DNA from: an uncultured Eubacteriales bacterium
GTDB lineage: Bacteria > Bacillota > Clostridia > Acetivibrionales > CAYWGM01
Assembly: GCA_964457875.1 (NCBI GenBank)
Contig: CAYWGM010000003.1
Coordinates: 1-54,925, forward strand
Direction of reading: 5' to 3'
DNA length: 54,925 bases
Position numbers and translations under genes: made by a program. This document shows positions 28,165 to 38,795 of this stretch, in pieces. Below the pieces are notes generated by a model. The model saw only the letters and a list, made by a program, of their open reading frames with translations, did not search any database and was not told where the DNA came from. The stretch's first letter is position 1. Each line of letters starts with the position of its first letter.

Positions 28165-30495
28165 CTAATATACTGAACGTTCACACCGGGACAAAGCTAT
28201 CATAGATTGTCCCAGTGATAATCCACCATCATTTGCAGGTACCCTCTGATGAATAAAAATTTCAAAACCGTTTGCTTCCAATTTTCCAATGCATTTATTT
28301 AGCAGCAGGACATTCTGGAACACCCCGCCGCTTAACGCAACTCTGGATAGCCCGGTATCGCGCCTTGCTTCCAGACATCCTGAGAGTACGATCACAGCCA
28401 TGGTTTCGTGAAATCTGGATGAGATAATACTCTTGCGCCTGCCTGACAGGATATCCTCCGTGATGCTTTTTATTATACAGGTTGTATCTATGACGAACAA
28501 ACCGTTGTCTTTCAAGATATCAAACGGGTAGCTTTCAAAATCGCCATCTGCCGCGGCATACTCAAGTTCGGCGGCAGCTTGTCCTTCATACCCCGAGACA
28601 AGCCTGATCCCAAGCATTGCCGAGACCGCATCAAAAAGCCTGCCGGCGCTGGATGTCAAAGGGCAATTCATATCTGACCTCAGCATATTTCTGACATATC
28701 CGATTTTGGCCATATCAATCCCATTTAGTATGCCGGAGCAAAGCACATCATTTTCCATGACAGATTGCATATGGCTTACCGCCATCCTCCAAGGTTCCCT
28801 GATTGCCGCAGTTCCTCCTGGCATTTTTACAAAGGACAGGCGTCCGGCATGCTTCATTACCCCATATCCGCCTGTGAAAAATTCCCCGCCCCAGATGTTC
28901 CCGTCACTTCCCAGGCCTGTACCGTCGAACGCTACTCCTATCAGATCGCAATTAATATCGTTATCAGCCATGCATGAAGCGATGTGCGCTTCATGGTGCC
29001 AAACCGGGAAAATTATACTTCCTTCCCGTGAAGAACGCGACAGTGCATATCGGGTCGAAAGGTAATCCGGATGCATATCATGGGCAATGATGTCAGGCTT
29101 CACATGAAGCATGCCAAGAAAGTAATCTATCCCGGTCTCATAGGATGACAGGGTTTCGGCGTTCTCCAAATCGCCTATGTGGTGGCTAAGGTAAAACTCA
29201 TTTTCTTTATTAATGCAAAAGGTATTCTTCAAATGCGCCCCGCAGGAAAGTATGACGGGTGTTTTTTTATTATGGTACCCAACGGAACTGACGGTGACAG
29301 GCACCGGGGCATACCCTCTTGAACGCCTTATGATATATTCCTTATCCCTTATTATTCGCGTAACAGAATCGTCAGTCCTGATGTGGATCTCCCTGTCATG
29401 GGTGAGGAAATAGTCGGTAATACTTTTTAATCCGTTAATTGCTTCGTTATCGTCATAATAGATCGGTTCGTCTGATATATTGCCGCTTGTTACTACCAGC
29501 GTACCAAGCGAAGGTTGAAGCAGGAATATCAGCTCGTGTACCGGGGTATACGGCAGCATCAGCCCCAGATACGGATTTGCGAATGCAATAGCCTCCGGAA
29601 GACTGCATTTCTGCCTTTTCTTAAGCAGTACTATCGGCTTTTTGACCGATTCAAGCAGGGCCTTTTCTGTTTGATTAATATAGCAGTGAGATATCGCCGT
29701 CCGGATATCCCTGACCATAATGGCGAAAGGTTTATAATCCCTGGATTTTCTTGAGCGCAGCCTCTCGACTGCTTCACGATCCCTTGCGTTCACAACGAGG
29801 TGATAACCGCCCAATCCTTTGACGGCAACTATAAAGCCGTCACGGATGTATATTGAAGCCGCAAGAAGAGGATCTTCACATTCAATCGCTTCGCCACGCC
29901 GGTCGGTGATGCGGATGGATGGACCACATTGCGGACATGATATCGGCTGGGCATGATAACGCCTATCGGAAGGATCGGCGTATTCTTTGCCGCATTCGTC
30001 ACACATGGTGAACCCGGCCATCGTCGTGTTTTGCCTGTCATAAGGTATTTTTCTGGTGATGGTAAAACGCGGTCCGCAATTGGTACAGTTAATGAAAGGA
30101 TAAAAATAACGCCTGTTATTGGGATCTTTCAGCTCTCTCAGACAATCCGGGCATATTGAGGCATCCGGTGAAACATAGATTTCCCCGGGATCGTCGGCAT
30201 CTATACCCTGAATTATCTCGAAGCCATGAAATCCGAATACGGGAAGTTCTTCGACATCGATATCCTTTATTAGCGAAAGCGCAGGAGCCGATTTTGTGAT
30301 AAGCTCGATAAAACGCAAAAGATCCTCATCCCTGCCCTCTCCCTCTACAAGGACAAATCCACCAATATTACTGACCCAGCCGTCTATATCGCATGAGGCT
30401 GCAAGCGCATGTAAAAAAGGTCGGAACCCCACTCCCTGGACAATGCCTTTGATTTTTATCCTGTATCTCTTTTTTACATTGGCAGCGTCAGTCAT
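28165..30495 (-). CDS. hypF: carbamoyltransferase HypF
   Basis: Acylphosphatase motif VQGVGFRPF, two CxxC...CxxC zinc-finger pairs, and YrdC-like and Kae1-like regions. I prefer the ATG at 30495, which matches the E. coli HypF N-terminal spacing and overlaps ribF by 8 nt. The alternative ATG at 30528 overlaps by 41 nt. Confidence 0.92.
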   Translation of the reverse strand: MTDAANVKKRYRIKIKGIVQGVGFRPFLHALAASCDIDGWVSNIGGFVLVEGEGRDEDLLRFIELITKSAPALSLIKDIDVEELPVFGFHGFEIIQGIDADDPGEIYVSPDASICPDCLRELKDPNNRRYFYPFINCTNCGPRFTITRKIPYDRQNTTMAGFTMCDECGKEYADPSDRRYHAQPISCPQCGPSIRITDRRGEAIECEDPLLAASIYIRDGFIVAVKGLGGYHLVVNARDREAVERLRSRKSRDYKPFAIMVRDIRTAISHCYINQTEKALLESVKKPIVLLKKRQKCSLPEAIAFANPYLGLMLPYTPVHELIFLLQPSLGTLVVTSGNISDEPIYYDDNEAINGLKSITDYFLTHDREIHIRTDDSVTRIIRDKEYIIRRSRGYAPVPVTVSSVGYHNKKTPVILSCGAHLKNTFCINKENEFYLSHHIGDLENAETLSSYETGIDYFLGMLHVKPDIIAHDMHPDYLSTRYALSRSSREGSIIFPVWHHEAHIASCMADNDINCDLIGVAFDGTGLGSDGNIWGGEFFTGGYGVMKHAGRLSFVKMPGGTAAIREPWRMAVSHMQSVMENDVLCSGILNGIDMAKIGYVRNMLRSDMNCPLTSSAGRLFDAVSAMLGIRLVSGYEGQAAAELEYAAADGDFESYPFDILKDNGLFVIDTTCIIKSITEDILSGRRKSIISSRFHETMAVIVLSGCLEARRDTGLSRVALSGGVFQNVLLLNKCIGKLEANGFEIFIHQRVPANDGGLSLGQSMIALSRCERSVY

Positions 30496-31417
30496 ATTTG
30501 CTGAAATAACTTCTGGCCTCTTCAACATCTTTTTTTATCTGCATACAAAGTTTTTGTGCCGAATCAAACTTGATATCGCCCCTTAATCTGCGGACGAAAT
30601 ACACCTCGATCTGCCTGCCGTAGATATTTTCGCTAAAATCCAGTATGTGTGTTTCAATTGAAGTCGTCATAGAGTTGTATGTGGGGTTGGCTCCGATATT
30701 GGTGACACTTTCGCGCAGTTTGCCCTCCACCAGCGTCTTCGTTATGTATGCGCCCTCCATAGGTATGAGAATACTGCTTTCCGGCCTGATATTCGCAGTA
30801 GGAAAGCCCAGCTTCATACCGTTCTTCAGTCCTTCGACGACCGTGCCCTGTATCGAATAGTATCTTCCCAGCATACAGCTAACCTTTTGAGTTTCACCTT
30901 TTTTGATATGATCCCTTATAAGCGTACTGCTTACCGTATCGTCCCCGATTTTAACAGGAGGTATTATGACTACCTCAAAACCAAGCTTTTTGCCGTATTC
31001 CGCAAGCATATCCACATCGCCCCTGCCCTTGTATCCGAATTTATAATCAAAACCGGCTACGGCAAGTTTAAGCCCGAACCTCCTGAAAAGCACTTCCTCC
31101 ATGAACTGTTCAGGCTCAATATGTGAAAACTGCTCATCGAACTTGTCAATAAACAGATAATCGAGCTGCGTATCTCCAAGCAGTTCCATCTTTTTTTCTA
31201 TTGTTGACAACAGCGGAGCAGACAGTTGCTTTCTTATGATATTTTCCGGATGCCTGGCAAATGTATATACCATTGAGGATAAACCATGCAACCCACATTC
31301 TGCGATCAAAGTACTTATCAATACCCTGTGCCCGGCGTGCAGACCGTCGAAATTACCGAGTCCTATGCCTAACGGTCTTTGTTCATTTATACATCCCCGA
31401 TTGTGAACTACTTTCAT
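30488..31417 (-). CDS. ribF: bifunctional riboflavin kinase / FMN adenylyltransferase RibF
   Basis: GNFDGLHAGH motif and a C-terminal riboflavin kinase domain. The ATG at 31417 follows GAGG. The ORF-track GTG at 31423 sits inside the SD. Confidence 0.93.
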   Translation of the reverse strand: MKVVHNRGCINEQRPLGIGLGNFDGLHAGHRVLISTLIAECGLHGLSSMVYTFARHPENIIRKQLSAPLLSTIEKKMELLGDTQLDYLFIDKFDEQFSHIEPEQFMEEVLFRRFGLKLAVAGFDYKFGYKGRGDVDMLAEYGKKLGFEVVIIPPVKIGDDTVSSTLIRDHIKKGETQKVSCMLGRYYSIQGTVVEGLKNGMKLGFPTANIRPESSILIPMEGAYITKTLVEGKLRESVTNIGANPTYNSMTTSIETHILDFSENIYGRQIEVYFVRRLRGDIKFDSAQKLCMQIKKDVEEARSYFSKYD

Positions 31418-31424
31418 TGCCACC

Positions 31425-32330
31425 TCATTGAAAGATTTTATGCATCTTCAACCCCAAGCTGCCGTTTTTGTCGCATGATTCCGCCGTTCCAAAAAAATCA
31501 TCATTCATATCATATATTTTATAAAACTTCTTATCAAGCTGCCCGTACTCCCGGATACTGCCGCAATCCACCTTCATTCCATTCCTCAGCGTATTCAGCC
31601 TTGCATTATCCAGCCTTACCGCCGGAAAATCGAGGACGGAATCCACCGGCTTGATAATATCTTTTATCCTTCCTCCCTTAAAGCTACTATCAATTTCATC
31701 GAAGGTCAGTGATTCATTTATGTCGAATCGGCCTGAAGCAGTCCTCACAAGAAAGGAAAGATGTGCGCCGCATCCCAGCCGCTCTCCGAATTCATGACAC
31801 AGACTCCTTATGTAAGTTCCCTTTGAGCATTTCACATCGATCAGCAGCCTGCCTCTCCGGAAATCAACCAACGTGATTTCATAGATAAAAACCCTTCTCG
31901 GCGGCCTGTCGACCTCCACTCCTTTTCTTGCAAGCTCATACAGCCTCTTTCCCTCCACCTTCACAGCCGAATACATCGGAGGGGTTTGCATAAGCTCGCC
32001 TTTTAATGAAAAAAGCACATCAGCCATATCTTCAACGCTGTATCGTGCATCATTTTGCGCAATTATCCTGCCAGTGGAATCATACGTGTCCGTAACGATT
32101 CCAGGCGTAATCTCCGCTCTGTATTTCTTATCCGAACCGGTAAGGTACTCGACAGCCTTCGTCGCTCTACCTGTACATACAGGCAAAACTCCGGCCGCGA
32201 AAGGATCAAGCGTCCCCGTATGGCCTGCAGGTGGTGAACCGGTACCCAGTATGCGTCTGATTGCGGATACTACATCAAAAGAAGTCATACCGGGGGGTTT
32301 AAGCACGTTAAGCACACCACTCAGGCTCAT
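31425..32330 (-). CDS. truB: tRNA pseudouridine(55) synthase TruB
   Basis: LKPPGMTSFDVV and GHTGTLDP (catalytic Asp) motifs. Confidence 0.95.
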   Translation of the reverse strand: MSLSGVLNVLKPPGMTSFDVVSAIRRILGTGSPPAGHTGTLDPFAAGVLPVCTGRATKAVEYLTGSDKKYRAEITPGIVTDTYDSTGRIIAQNDARYSVEDMADVLFSLKGELMQTPPMYSAVKVEGKRLYELARKGVEVDRPPRRVFIYEITLVDFRRGRLLIDVKCSKGTYIRSLCHEFGERLGCGAHLSFLVRTASGRFDINESLTFDEIDSSFKGGRIKDIIKPVDSVLDFPAVRLDNARLNTLRNGMKVDCGSIREYGQLDKKFYKIYDMNDDFFGTAESCDKNGSLGLKMHKIFQ

Positions 32331-32333
32331 AGC

Positions 32334-33320
32334 TCAAATTCTCCCTGATATCAGATGTTCTCCGGCTATGGCAATCAATCGCCTCTTCACATCGGTCATC
32401 ATTCCTTCGGCAGTATATCCGGCAGCCCTTTTATGACCGCCCCCCGAGAAAACGCTGGCAATACCCGAAACATCCACATAAGACTTCGACCGCAAATTAA
32501 TTTTTATCCGTACGCCTTCCATTTGTTTCAACAGAGCTGAAATCTCGACCCCAATGATATTCCTCCCTATATTAACCAGACCTTCACAATCTTCATCATT
32601 TGCCCCTGTCGCTTTGATCATATCTTCGTTCACGGTCATGATCGCAAGCTTTCCGTCATGATGAAATTCAAGCGTTTCTATCACCTTGCCCGTCAACAGG
32701 ACTTTTGTGAGGGAAACGGCATCAAATACCCTGTAAGAAATATCCGCAGCATCGATCCCATATCCCATCAATTCTGCCGCCGCCAGATGTGTTTCCGGAG
32801 TCGTATTTTCAAATCTGAAACCTCCCGTATCGGTTACAATCGCCGTATAAAGGCACTCAGCAATGGCCTTGTCAATATCTGCCCCGAACCGCTTAATAAT
32901 CTGAAAAATAATTTCACCTGTAGCCGAATATTCCGGCGATACTGCGTTAATATCAGCAAATGACGTATTTGTGCCGTGATGATCTATATTTACCTTCATT
33001 TTCTGGTTGCAGAATAATTCCATACGCTTCCCAAGTCTGCCCAATTCTGCGACATCAATTGCAATTGCAATATCAAATGCTTTTTCACATTCGCCGGGAT
33101 TGTCACATATGAGCTCCATACCCGAAAGGAATGAACAGGTATCGGGAACAGGTTCTTCAATGCAGATACAGACATATTTCGATGTATTTATTTTCTTAAT
33201 TGCCATTCCGAGCGCCAGCGCAGATCCTATGGTATCCCCGTCCATAAAGATATGCGGCAGGATCAGGACGCTTTGGGCTTTTTTAATTTTTTCACAAATC
33301 AGATCTTTATGTTTTATCAT
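32334..33320 (-). CDS. nrnA: DHH/DHHA1 family phosphoesterase (NrnA-like oligoribonuclease/pAp phosphatase)
   Basis: DHH motif (NIDHHGTN) and DHHA1 GGGH motif (FSGGGHKRAAG). Conserved position between rbfA and truB. Confidence 0.85.
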   Translation of the reverse strand: MIKHKDLICEKIKKAQSVLILPHIFMDGDTIGSALALGMAIKKINTSKYVCICIEEPVPDTCSFLSGMELICDNPGECEKAFDIAIAIDVAELGRLGKRMELFCNQKMKVNIDHHGTNTSFADINAVSPEYSATGEIIFQIIKRFGADIDKAIAECLYTAIVTDTGGFRFENTTPETHLAAAELMGYGIDAADISYRVFDAVSLTKVLLTGKVIETLEFHHDGKLAIMTVNEDMIKATGANDEDCEGLVNIGRNIIGVEISALLKQMEGVRIKINLRSKSYVDVSGIASVFSGGGHKRAAGYTAEGMMTDVKRRLIAIAGEHLISGRI

Positions 33321-33657
33321 GCATGGTCTTATTTATCAATTTTGATATATATACTCCATGTTCGATGGATTTGTCGATCTCAAACTGCAACTCAGGGATA
33401 TATCGAAGTTTAACAGCCTGACCCACGGCCCGCCTGATGAATCCGGCGGCGCTCCTCAACGCTTCGATAGCGTCCAGACGTTCTTTATCGCCCCCGAATA
33501 CGCTTATGGACACCTTCGCATACCTCAAGTCACGTGTGACATTAACTGAAATAATACTGATCACTTCAGGAAGCCGGGGGTCTTTCATTTCTTCCCGTAT
33601 TATCCTGCTGATTTCCTTTTTTATTTCTCCCGATATCCGGTCTGTCCTGTTCACCAA
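33307..33657 (-). CDS. rbfA: 30S ribosome-binding factor RbfA
   Basis: VNRTDRISGEIKKEISRIIREEMKDPR matches the RbfA N-terminus. The ORF-track GTG at 33669 lies inside GGAGGTG, so I place the start at TTG 33657 or GTG 33654. Confidence 0.9.
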   Translation of the reverse strand: MVNRTDRISGEIKKEISRIIREEMKDPRLPEVISIISVNVTRDLRYAKVSISVFGGDKERLDAIEALRSAAGFIRRAVGQAVKLRYIPELQFEIDKSIEHGVYISKLINKTMHDKT

Positions 33658-33682
33658 TATATTTTCCACCTCCGGAAACCAG

Positions 33683-36600
33683 TCATTGCTGGGCTACTTC
33701 CTCCATTACATATGATTCTACAATATCCCCTTCTTTAATATCATTATACTTTTCAATTGATAATCCGCATTCAAATCCCTGAAGGACTTCTTTGGCGTCA
33801 TCCTTGAAGCGTTTCAGTGACGCAAGCTTTCCTTCGAAGACGACTATCCCGTTTCTGACTAACCTGATATCAGAATTTCTGGTAATCTTTCCATCCACTA
33901 CCTGACAGCCCCCAATGACGCCTATGCCTGATATCTTATATATATGCCGCACTTCGGTATGCCCTGTCACCACTTCCTTGAAAGACGGTTCCAGCATGCC
34001 TTTCATCGCATCCTGTATATCATGGATAGCATCATATATTATCCTGTAAAAACGCAGATCCACCTTGGCATTCTCCGCCAACTCCGCGACATTCAAGGCA
34101 GGCCTTACATTAAACCCGATGATGATCGCATTTGAAACCTCCGCCAGTCTGACATCGGATTCGGTGACGGCCCCAACCCCGCCATGGATTATTTTAACAC
34201 GTACTTCATCGTTGCTGAGCTTCTCAAGAGACTGGGCGATTGCTTCAACCGATCCCTGGACATCGGCTTTTATGATAATATTCAGGTCTTTAACCTTGCC
34301 TTCTTTTATCTGGTCGAATAGCGCATCAAGTGATACCCTTGGGGCAGTCTTCAGGTGCTCTTCCCTCTGCTTTGTTTTTCTCTTTTCAGCTAATTGCTTC
34401 GCTACTCTCTCGTCGGTGATAGCATAGAATATCTCTCCGGCTTCAGGAACCTCAGGCAATCCGATGATCTCAACCGGTACGGAAGGGCCGGCGCTCCTGA
34501 CAGATGCACCCTTGTCGCTGACCATTGCCCTTATCCTTCCGACTGTAGTGCCGGTGACAATAGAATCGCCGATATTCAAAGTACCTCTCTGCACAAGTAC
34601 GGTGGCGATAGGACCGCGGTTCTTATCGAGTTTTGCTTCTATTACAGTCCCTTTGGCCTGTCTGTGAGGATTAGCCTTAAGCTCCATAACGTCTGCCGTA
34701 AGCAGAACCATTTCGAGCAGCCGGTCGATATTGATCCTGTTTTTTGCTGAAACAGGTTCGAATATCACGTCGCCGCCCCATTCTTCCGGCACAAGCCCGT
34801 ATTCGGTAAGTTGTCTTTTTACTTTCTCGGCATCGGCCTCAGGTTTGTCAATCTTATTCAATGCGACGATAATAGATACGTTTGCGGCCTTGGCATGATT
34901 TATTGCCTCTACGGTCTGAGGCATCACTCCATCCTCGGCAGCTACGACGAGTATGGCGATATCAGTGACCTGGGCGCCTCTTGCCCTCATGGCAGTGAAT
35001 GCTTCATGTCCGGGAGTATCGAGAAAGGTGATATTCCTGTTGTTGATATTCACCATGTATGCGCCGATATGCTGCGTAATCCCTCCTGCTTCATCATCTA
35101 TTACATTTGTCTTTCTGATTGCGTCAAGTAATGATGTCTTGCCATGATCGACATGACCCATAACTACGACTATCGGAGGTCTGCTGACCAATTTTTCAGG
35201 ATCGTCTTCTGAATCGTCAAAGAGGATGTCCTCCTCTGTTACAACTACCTGCTTCTGGGTCTTTACACCAAACTCTTCAGCGATTAAAGTCGCCGTGTCA
35301 AAATCGACTTCCTGATTGAGGTTGGCTATAATCCCCAAGCCCATAAGCTTCTTTATTACCTCTGTCGAAGTCTTCTTCAAAGCCTCTGAAAGATCTTTGA
35401 CGGTAAGCGTCTCAGGTATCGTAATGTTGGTCAATACCGCTCTTGCAGGGATATGTTTCTGCTCGAATCTGGCCTTGAAATCCTTTTTCCCCTTAGTTGA
35501 CTTTTTGCTTTTTCTTACATCATTATCAAATAATTCATCCAGCACAAAGTCATCGGATAAAACTTCAGTTAATTGCTTTTTTTCTGCAATCAGATTCTGA
35601 GGCTTTATCTTTTTAGCTTTGGGCTGCACTTGACTTTTAACTATTTCCTTACGCTGTTCTTTCCTTGCAAATTCGATAGTCTGATCCTTATCACTGAAGC
35701 TCTTTCGGGTTTCATTGCGTTCAGCAGACACACCGGTCTTTGCAGTCAGCGGGAAATCATGTCTGGGACGATCCTGGGGTTTTGATGCCCGTACAGGGCC
35801 GGCAGCTTTGTTTTCAGGTCTGTTGTTGACCCGATCCCGATACTCCGGTCTGTCCGTCCTTTGCACCTTCCGTTCAGTTCCGAATCTGGCTTGGTCATTC
35901 GGCCTTACAGGTCTTGAATCCGGTCTGGTATCAGGCCTTGTACCTGGCCTTGAATACGGCCTTGTATCCGGCCTTGTACCTGGCCTCGAATCTGGCCTTG
36001 TGCCTGGCCTTGAATCTTGCCTTACAACCGGCCTTGTATCCGGTTTGGCTTGATGTCCTGCATCAGGCTTGAACTGTGGTTTCATATCAAGCATCGTCTC
36101 AGGTTTTATAAAAGGAACCTTTTCAGCTTCGTTTACCGCAGGTTTTACATGATCCTGCAGTTCCTGAAGCTTGATATCCGCCGGTTCTTCTTTTGGAGGC
36201 AATTGTTCGGCTTGTGGCTCAATTTTGGGAGGCAGAGGCTTATCAGCTACGGATACCTTCTGCGGCTGCTGCATCCTGATTGATTCCTGGCCTTTGAATG
36301 GTCTGTGTTCTTTTTTGTATTCAAGGCTGGTATCTCTCGTAAAACCTGCCCTTAGTCCAGTATTGGCATCGGCGATTCTTACCATATCCTGCCTGCGTTG
36401 CCCTCCTCCATATTGACTGCCGCTTTTATTTGAGGGTGCAGGGCTATAATAATCATCTCTTGTATCGATTACAACCTTTGTCTTTCTAATTATCCTCGGG
36501 GCATTCTTCATATCCCTGCGGATATCCTTTACCGGTTCGCCAGCCTGCTCAGGCTTCGGCTGCTGCATGGGCTTCGGTTGCACAGCAGTCGCGGCAGCAG

Positions 36601-36796
36601 GTTTCTCGGCCTCCGGCTTGTCAACTTCCTCATGTTTTATTACTCCGATATGACTAAACAAAGCCTCGAGTTCATGATCTTCCAGAAAACTCATATGATT
36701 CTTCACATTGATATTTATCTCAGCCAGCTTTTCCATCAGCCTTTTGCTGTTGGTGTTCAGTTCCTTGGCCAGTTCATATATCCTTGTTTTCTGCAT
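33683..36796 (-). CDS. infB: translation initiation factor IF-2
   Basis: [14 protein letters not shown]-terminus and G-domain [12 protein letters not shown] / DTPGHEAF / NKID. 1037 aa with a long low-complexity N-terminal region. Confidence 0.98.
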   Translation of the reverse strand: MQKTRIYELAKELNTNSKRLMEKLAEININVKNHMSFLEDHELEALFSHIGVIKHEEVDKPEAEKPAAATAVQPKPMQQPKPEQAGEPVKDIRRDMKNAPRIIRKTKVVIDTRDDYYSPAPSNKSGSQYGGGQRRQDMVRIADANTGLRAGFTRDTSLEYKKEHRPFKGQESIRMQQPQKVSVADKPLPPKIEPQAEQLPPKEEPADIKLQELQDHVKPAVNEAEKVPFIKPETMLDMKPQFKPDAGHQAKPDTRPVVRQDSRPGTRPDSRPGTRPDTRPYSRPGTRPDTRPDSRPVRPNDQARFGTERKVQRTDRPEYRDRVNNRPENKAAGPVRASKPQDRPRHDFPLTAKTGVSAERNETRKSFSDKDQTIEFARKEQRKEIVKSQVQPKAKKIKPQNLIAEKKQLTEVLSDDFVLDELFDNDVRKSKKSTKGKKDFKARFEQKHIPARAVLTNITIPETLTVKDLSEALKKTSTEVIKKLMGLGIIANLNQEVDFDTATLIAEEFGVKTQKQVVVTEEDILFDDSEDDPEKLVSRPPIVVVMGHVDHGKTSLLDAIRKTNVIDDEAGGITQHIGAYMVNINNRNITFLDTPGHEAFTAMRARGAQVTDIAILVVAAEDGVMPQTVEAINHAKAANVSIIVALNKIDKPEADAEKVKRQLTEYGLVPEEWGGDVIFEPVSAKNRINIDRLLEMVLLTADVMELKANPHRQAKGTVIEAKLDKNRGPIATVLVQRGTLNIGDSIVTGTTVGRIRAMVSDKGASVRSAGPSVPVEIIGLPEVPEAGEIFYAITDERVAKQLAEKRKTKQREEHLKTAPRVSLDALFDQIKEGKVKDLNIIIKADVQGSVEAIAQSLEKLSNDEVRVKIIHGGVGAVTESDVRLAEVSNAIIIGFNVRPALNVAELAENAKVDLRFYRIIYDAIHDIQDAMKGMLEPSFKEVVTGHTEVRHIYKISGIGVIGGCQVVDGKITRNSDIRLVRNGIVVFEGKLASLKRFKDDAKEVLQGFECGLSIEKYNDIKEGDIVESYVMEEVAQQ
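35903..36046 (-). repeat. in-frame tandem (T/S)RP(D/G) repeat inside the infB N-terminal region
   Basis: The protein reads [49 protein letters not shown]. The DNA shows a degenerate ~12/24 nt periodicity (ggccttgtaYctggccttgaatNc...). Confidence 0.7.
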
Positions 36797-36799
36797 CAG

Positions 36800-37084
36800 C
36801 TACACCCCCATTTCAGAATGGAGACCTTCCAATTGATCCCGCAATTCTTTATAAACATCTTCAGCAACCTGGCATTCAAACGCTCTGTCAATTTTTCTTC
36901 CCTTCCTGACTTTATCAAAACATTGTATGTTCCTGCAAATATATGCGCCTCTCCCAGGCCTCTTGCCTGTATGATCCAGGAGAACTGCCCCATCTTTATC
37001 CTTTACTATCCGCATAAGTTCTTTTTTTGGTTTCATTTCCCTGCACCCCAGGCACATTCTGGCAGGAACCTTTTTTTGTTTCAC
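36800..37084 (-). CDS. ylxR: YlxR/RnpM family RNA-binding protein (DUF448)
   Basis: RMCLGCREMKPKKELMRIV motif. Lies between nusA and infB. I prefer the GTG at 37084, which follows GGAGGT. The ORF-track GTG at 37102 has no SD. Confidence 0.85.
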   Translation of the reverse strand: MKQKKVPARMCLGCREMKPKKELMRIVKDKDGAVLLDHTGKRPGRGAYICRNIQCFDKVRKGRKIDRAFECQVAEDVYKELRDQLEGLHSEMGV

Positions 37085-37104
37085 TATGACCTCCGAAAAC
37101 ACCT

Positions 37105-38211
37105 TTATTCATCTTGTGCTTCGTCGTCTGTTTCAGACTGCGCCTCATTATAATTGAGCAATTGCTCCTCTATAATACTCCTGAACTGCGACTCGCTTTT
37201 AATATCAATTTTCCATCCGGTAAGCTTCGCGGCAAGCCTCGCATTCTGCCCTTCCTTACCGATAGCCAGCGACAATTGGTAATCCGGCACTATCACCCTG
37301 GCAGTCTTTGATTCTTCGTCAGTATCGACGCGAATGACCTTCGCGGGGCTGAGACTGCTTGATATGAACTCTTCGGCGCTTCCGCTCCATTTAATGATAT
37401 CGATTTTCTCACCCTTCAATTCATCGACTATCGCCTGTACCCGCGTTCCCTTCTGACCGACACAAGCTCCTATAGGATCCACATTTCCGTCTCTTGACGA
37501 TACTGCTATCTTCGTTCTTGATCCCGGCTCCCTTGAAATGCTTTTTATATCCACTATGCCTTCGTGGATTTCCGGTACTTCGAGCTCAAAGAGCCTCCTT
37601 ACCAGACCGGGGTGTGTGCGCGATACAATAATCTGAGGGCCTTTGGGTGTTTTTCTCACCTCAATGATATATGTCTTTAGTCTTTCGTTGAAATGGTAAA
37701 CCTCCCCCGGCGCCTGTTCGACAGGAGGAAGCACTGCCTCGGTCCTTCCAAGGTCAATAATGATATTCCTGCGCTCCATTCTCTGGACTATACCGGTTAC
37801 AATGTCATCTTCTTTATTGTAATATTCATCGAAGATGATCCCCCGCTCGGCTTCCCTTATCCTTTGAACAACAACCTGTTTTGCCGTCTGAGCGGCAATA
37901 CGCCCGAATTTTCTTGGGGTTACCTCAATCTCCGCAATATCTTCCTCTTCATAATTTTCATTTATTTTCTTTGCGTCATCAACCGATATATCAACAAGCA
38001 GATTCTCTGGGGCAGATGTAACCCTCTTGAGCGCAAACACCCTGACGTCGCCGTTTTGCCTGTCAATAGCGATCTTCACGTTCTGAACAGGACCAAAGTT
38101 TCTTTTATAAGCCGAAAGTAAAGCAGCTTCGATCGTCTGCATCAATATTTCTTTATTTACCCCTTTTTCCCGCTCGAGTTGGTCAAGCGCATGTATCAGC
38201 TCAACGCTCAT
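37105..38211 (-). CDS. nusA: transcription termination/antitermination factor NusA
   Basis: [19 protein letters not shown]-terminus with S1 and KH regions. The ATG at 38211 is preceded by GGAGGAGG. The ORF track is 6 codons longer. Confidence 0.96.
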   Translation of the reverse strand: MSVELIHALDQLEREKGVNKEILMQTIEAALLSAYKRNFGPVQNVKIAIDRQNGDVRVFALKRVTSAPENLLVDISVDDAKKINENYEEEDIAEIEVTPRKFGRIAAQTAKQVVVQRIREAERGIIFDEYYNKEDDIVTGIVQRMERRNIIIDLGRTEAVLPPVEQAPGEVYHFNERLKTYIIEVRKTPKGPQIIVSRTHPGLVRRLFELEVPEIHEGIVDIKSISREPGSRTKIAVSSRDGNVDPIGACVGQKGTRVQAIVDELKGEKIDIIKWSGSAEEFISSSLSPAKVIRVDTDEESKTARVIVPDYQLSLAIGKEGQNARLAAKLTGWKIDIKSESQFRSIIEEQLLNYNEAQSETDDEAQDE

Positions 38212-38692
38212 TTTTATAACCTCCTCCAAAACACAACCTGATTACCCTCTTCGTTACAGCAACATCGCACTCCTTGAAGGTCAATCTTCCATGTTCTCCA
38301 TTATCTATAACAATACAATCATTAATCAAACCAACAAGAGTCCCTTCATATGTCTTTTTGCCGTTCAATGCTTTGTAAAGCCTTACTTCAACCGGCTCTC
38401 CGCAATATCTTCTAAAATCGGCGTCCTTTTTCAGCGGGCGCTCTCCTGGCGAAGAAACCTCGAGGTAGTACCTCTTATCGATAACTTCAAGGTCTTCCAT
38501 CCTCCTGTCAAGTTCCTCACTTACTCTCTGGCAATCATCTATAGTGATGCCTCCGGTTTTATCGATATACACCCTTAAAAACCAGTCGCGGCCTTCCTTT
38601 ACATACTCCACATCAACCAGGTCGATCCCGTTCATCACAGTTATAGGCAATACAATATCAGTTACTGTTTGTTCAATATCCTGCCTGTTCAT
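38201..38692 (-). CDS. rimP: ribosome maturation factor RimP
   Basis: The start at ATG 38692 has GGGAG 8 nt upstream. 163 aa, a typical RimP length and position. The 207 aa ORF-track version reads through the promoter and leader. Confidence 0.9.
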   Translation of the reverse strand: MNRQDIEQTVTDIVLPITVMNGIDLVDVEYVKEGRDWFLRVYIDKTGGITIDDCQRVSEELDRRMEDLEVIDKRYYLEVSSPGERPLKKDADFRRYCGEPVEVRLYKALNGKKTYEGTLVGLINDCIVIDNGEHGRLTFKECDVAVTKRVIRLCFGGGYKNER

Positions 38693-38734
38693 CAATAATA
38701 CTCCCGACAGTCCGTAAAATCGTTTATAATATGG

Positions 38735-38759
38735 AAAGAGTGGGTTCTGCCCACTCTTT
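38735..38759 (-). terminator. hairpin in the rimP-nusA leader (ispG terminator and/or leader attenuator)
   Basis: 10 bp perfect stem, AAAGAGTGGG / CCCACTCTTT, with a 5 nt loop. On the gene strand it is followed by a short U-run (CTCTTTCCATATTAT). It lies downstream of the predicted promoter. Confidence 0.4.
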
Positions 38760-38795
38760 TCCGTAAAGGTTCTTATTTGCTTAAGCCCAAAAGCT

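Noticed and set aside
35903-36046. Tandem DNA repeat considered as a CRISPR-like or stand-alone repeat element
   Set aside because: It is fully in frame within infB, with no spacers. It encodes a low-complexity peptide repeat.
36796-36993. 65 aa minus-strand ORF overlapping ylxR in another frame
   Set aside because: The ylxR frame carries the DUF448 CxxC motif. The alternative frame has no features and would overlap the infB start.
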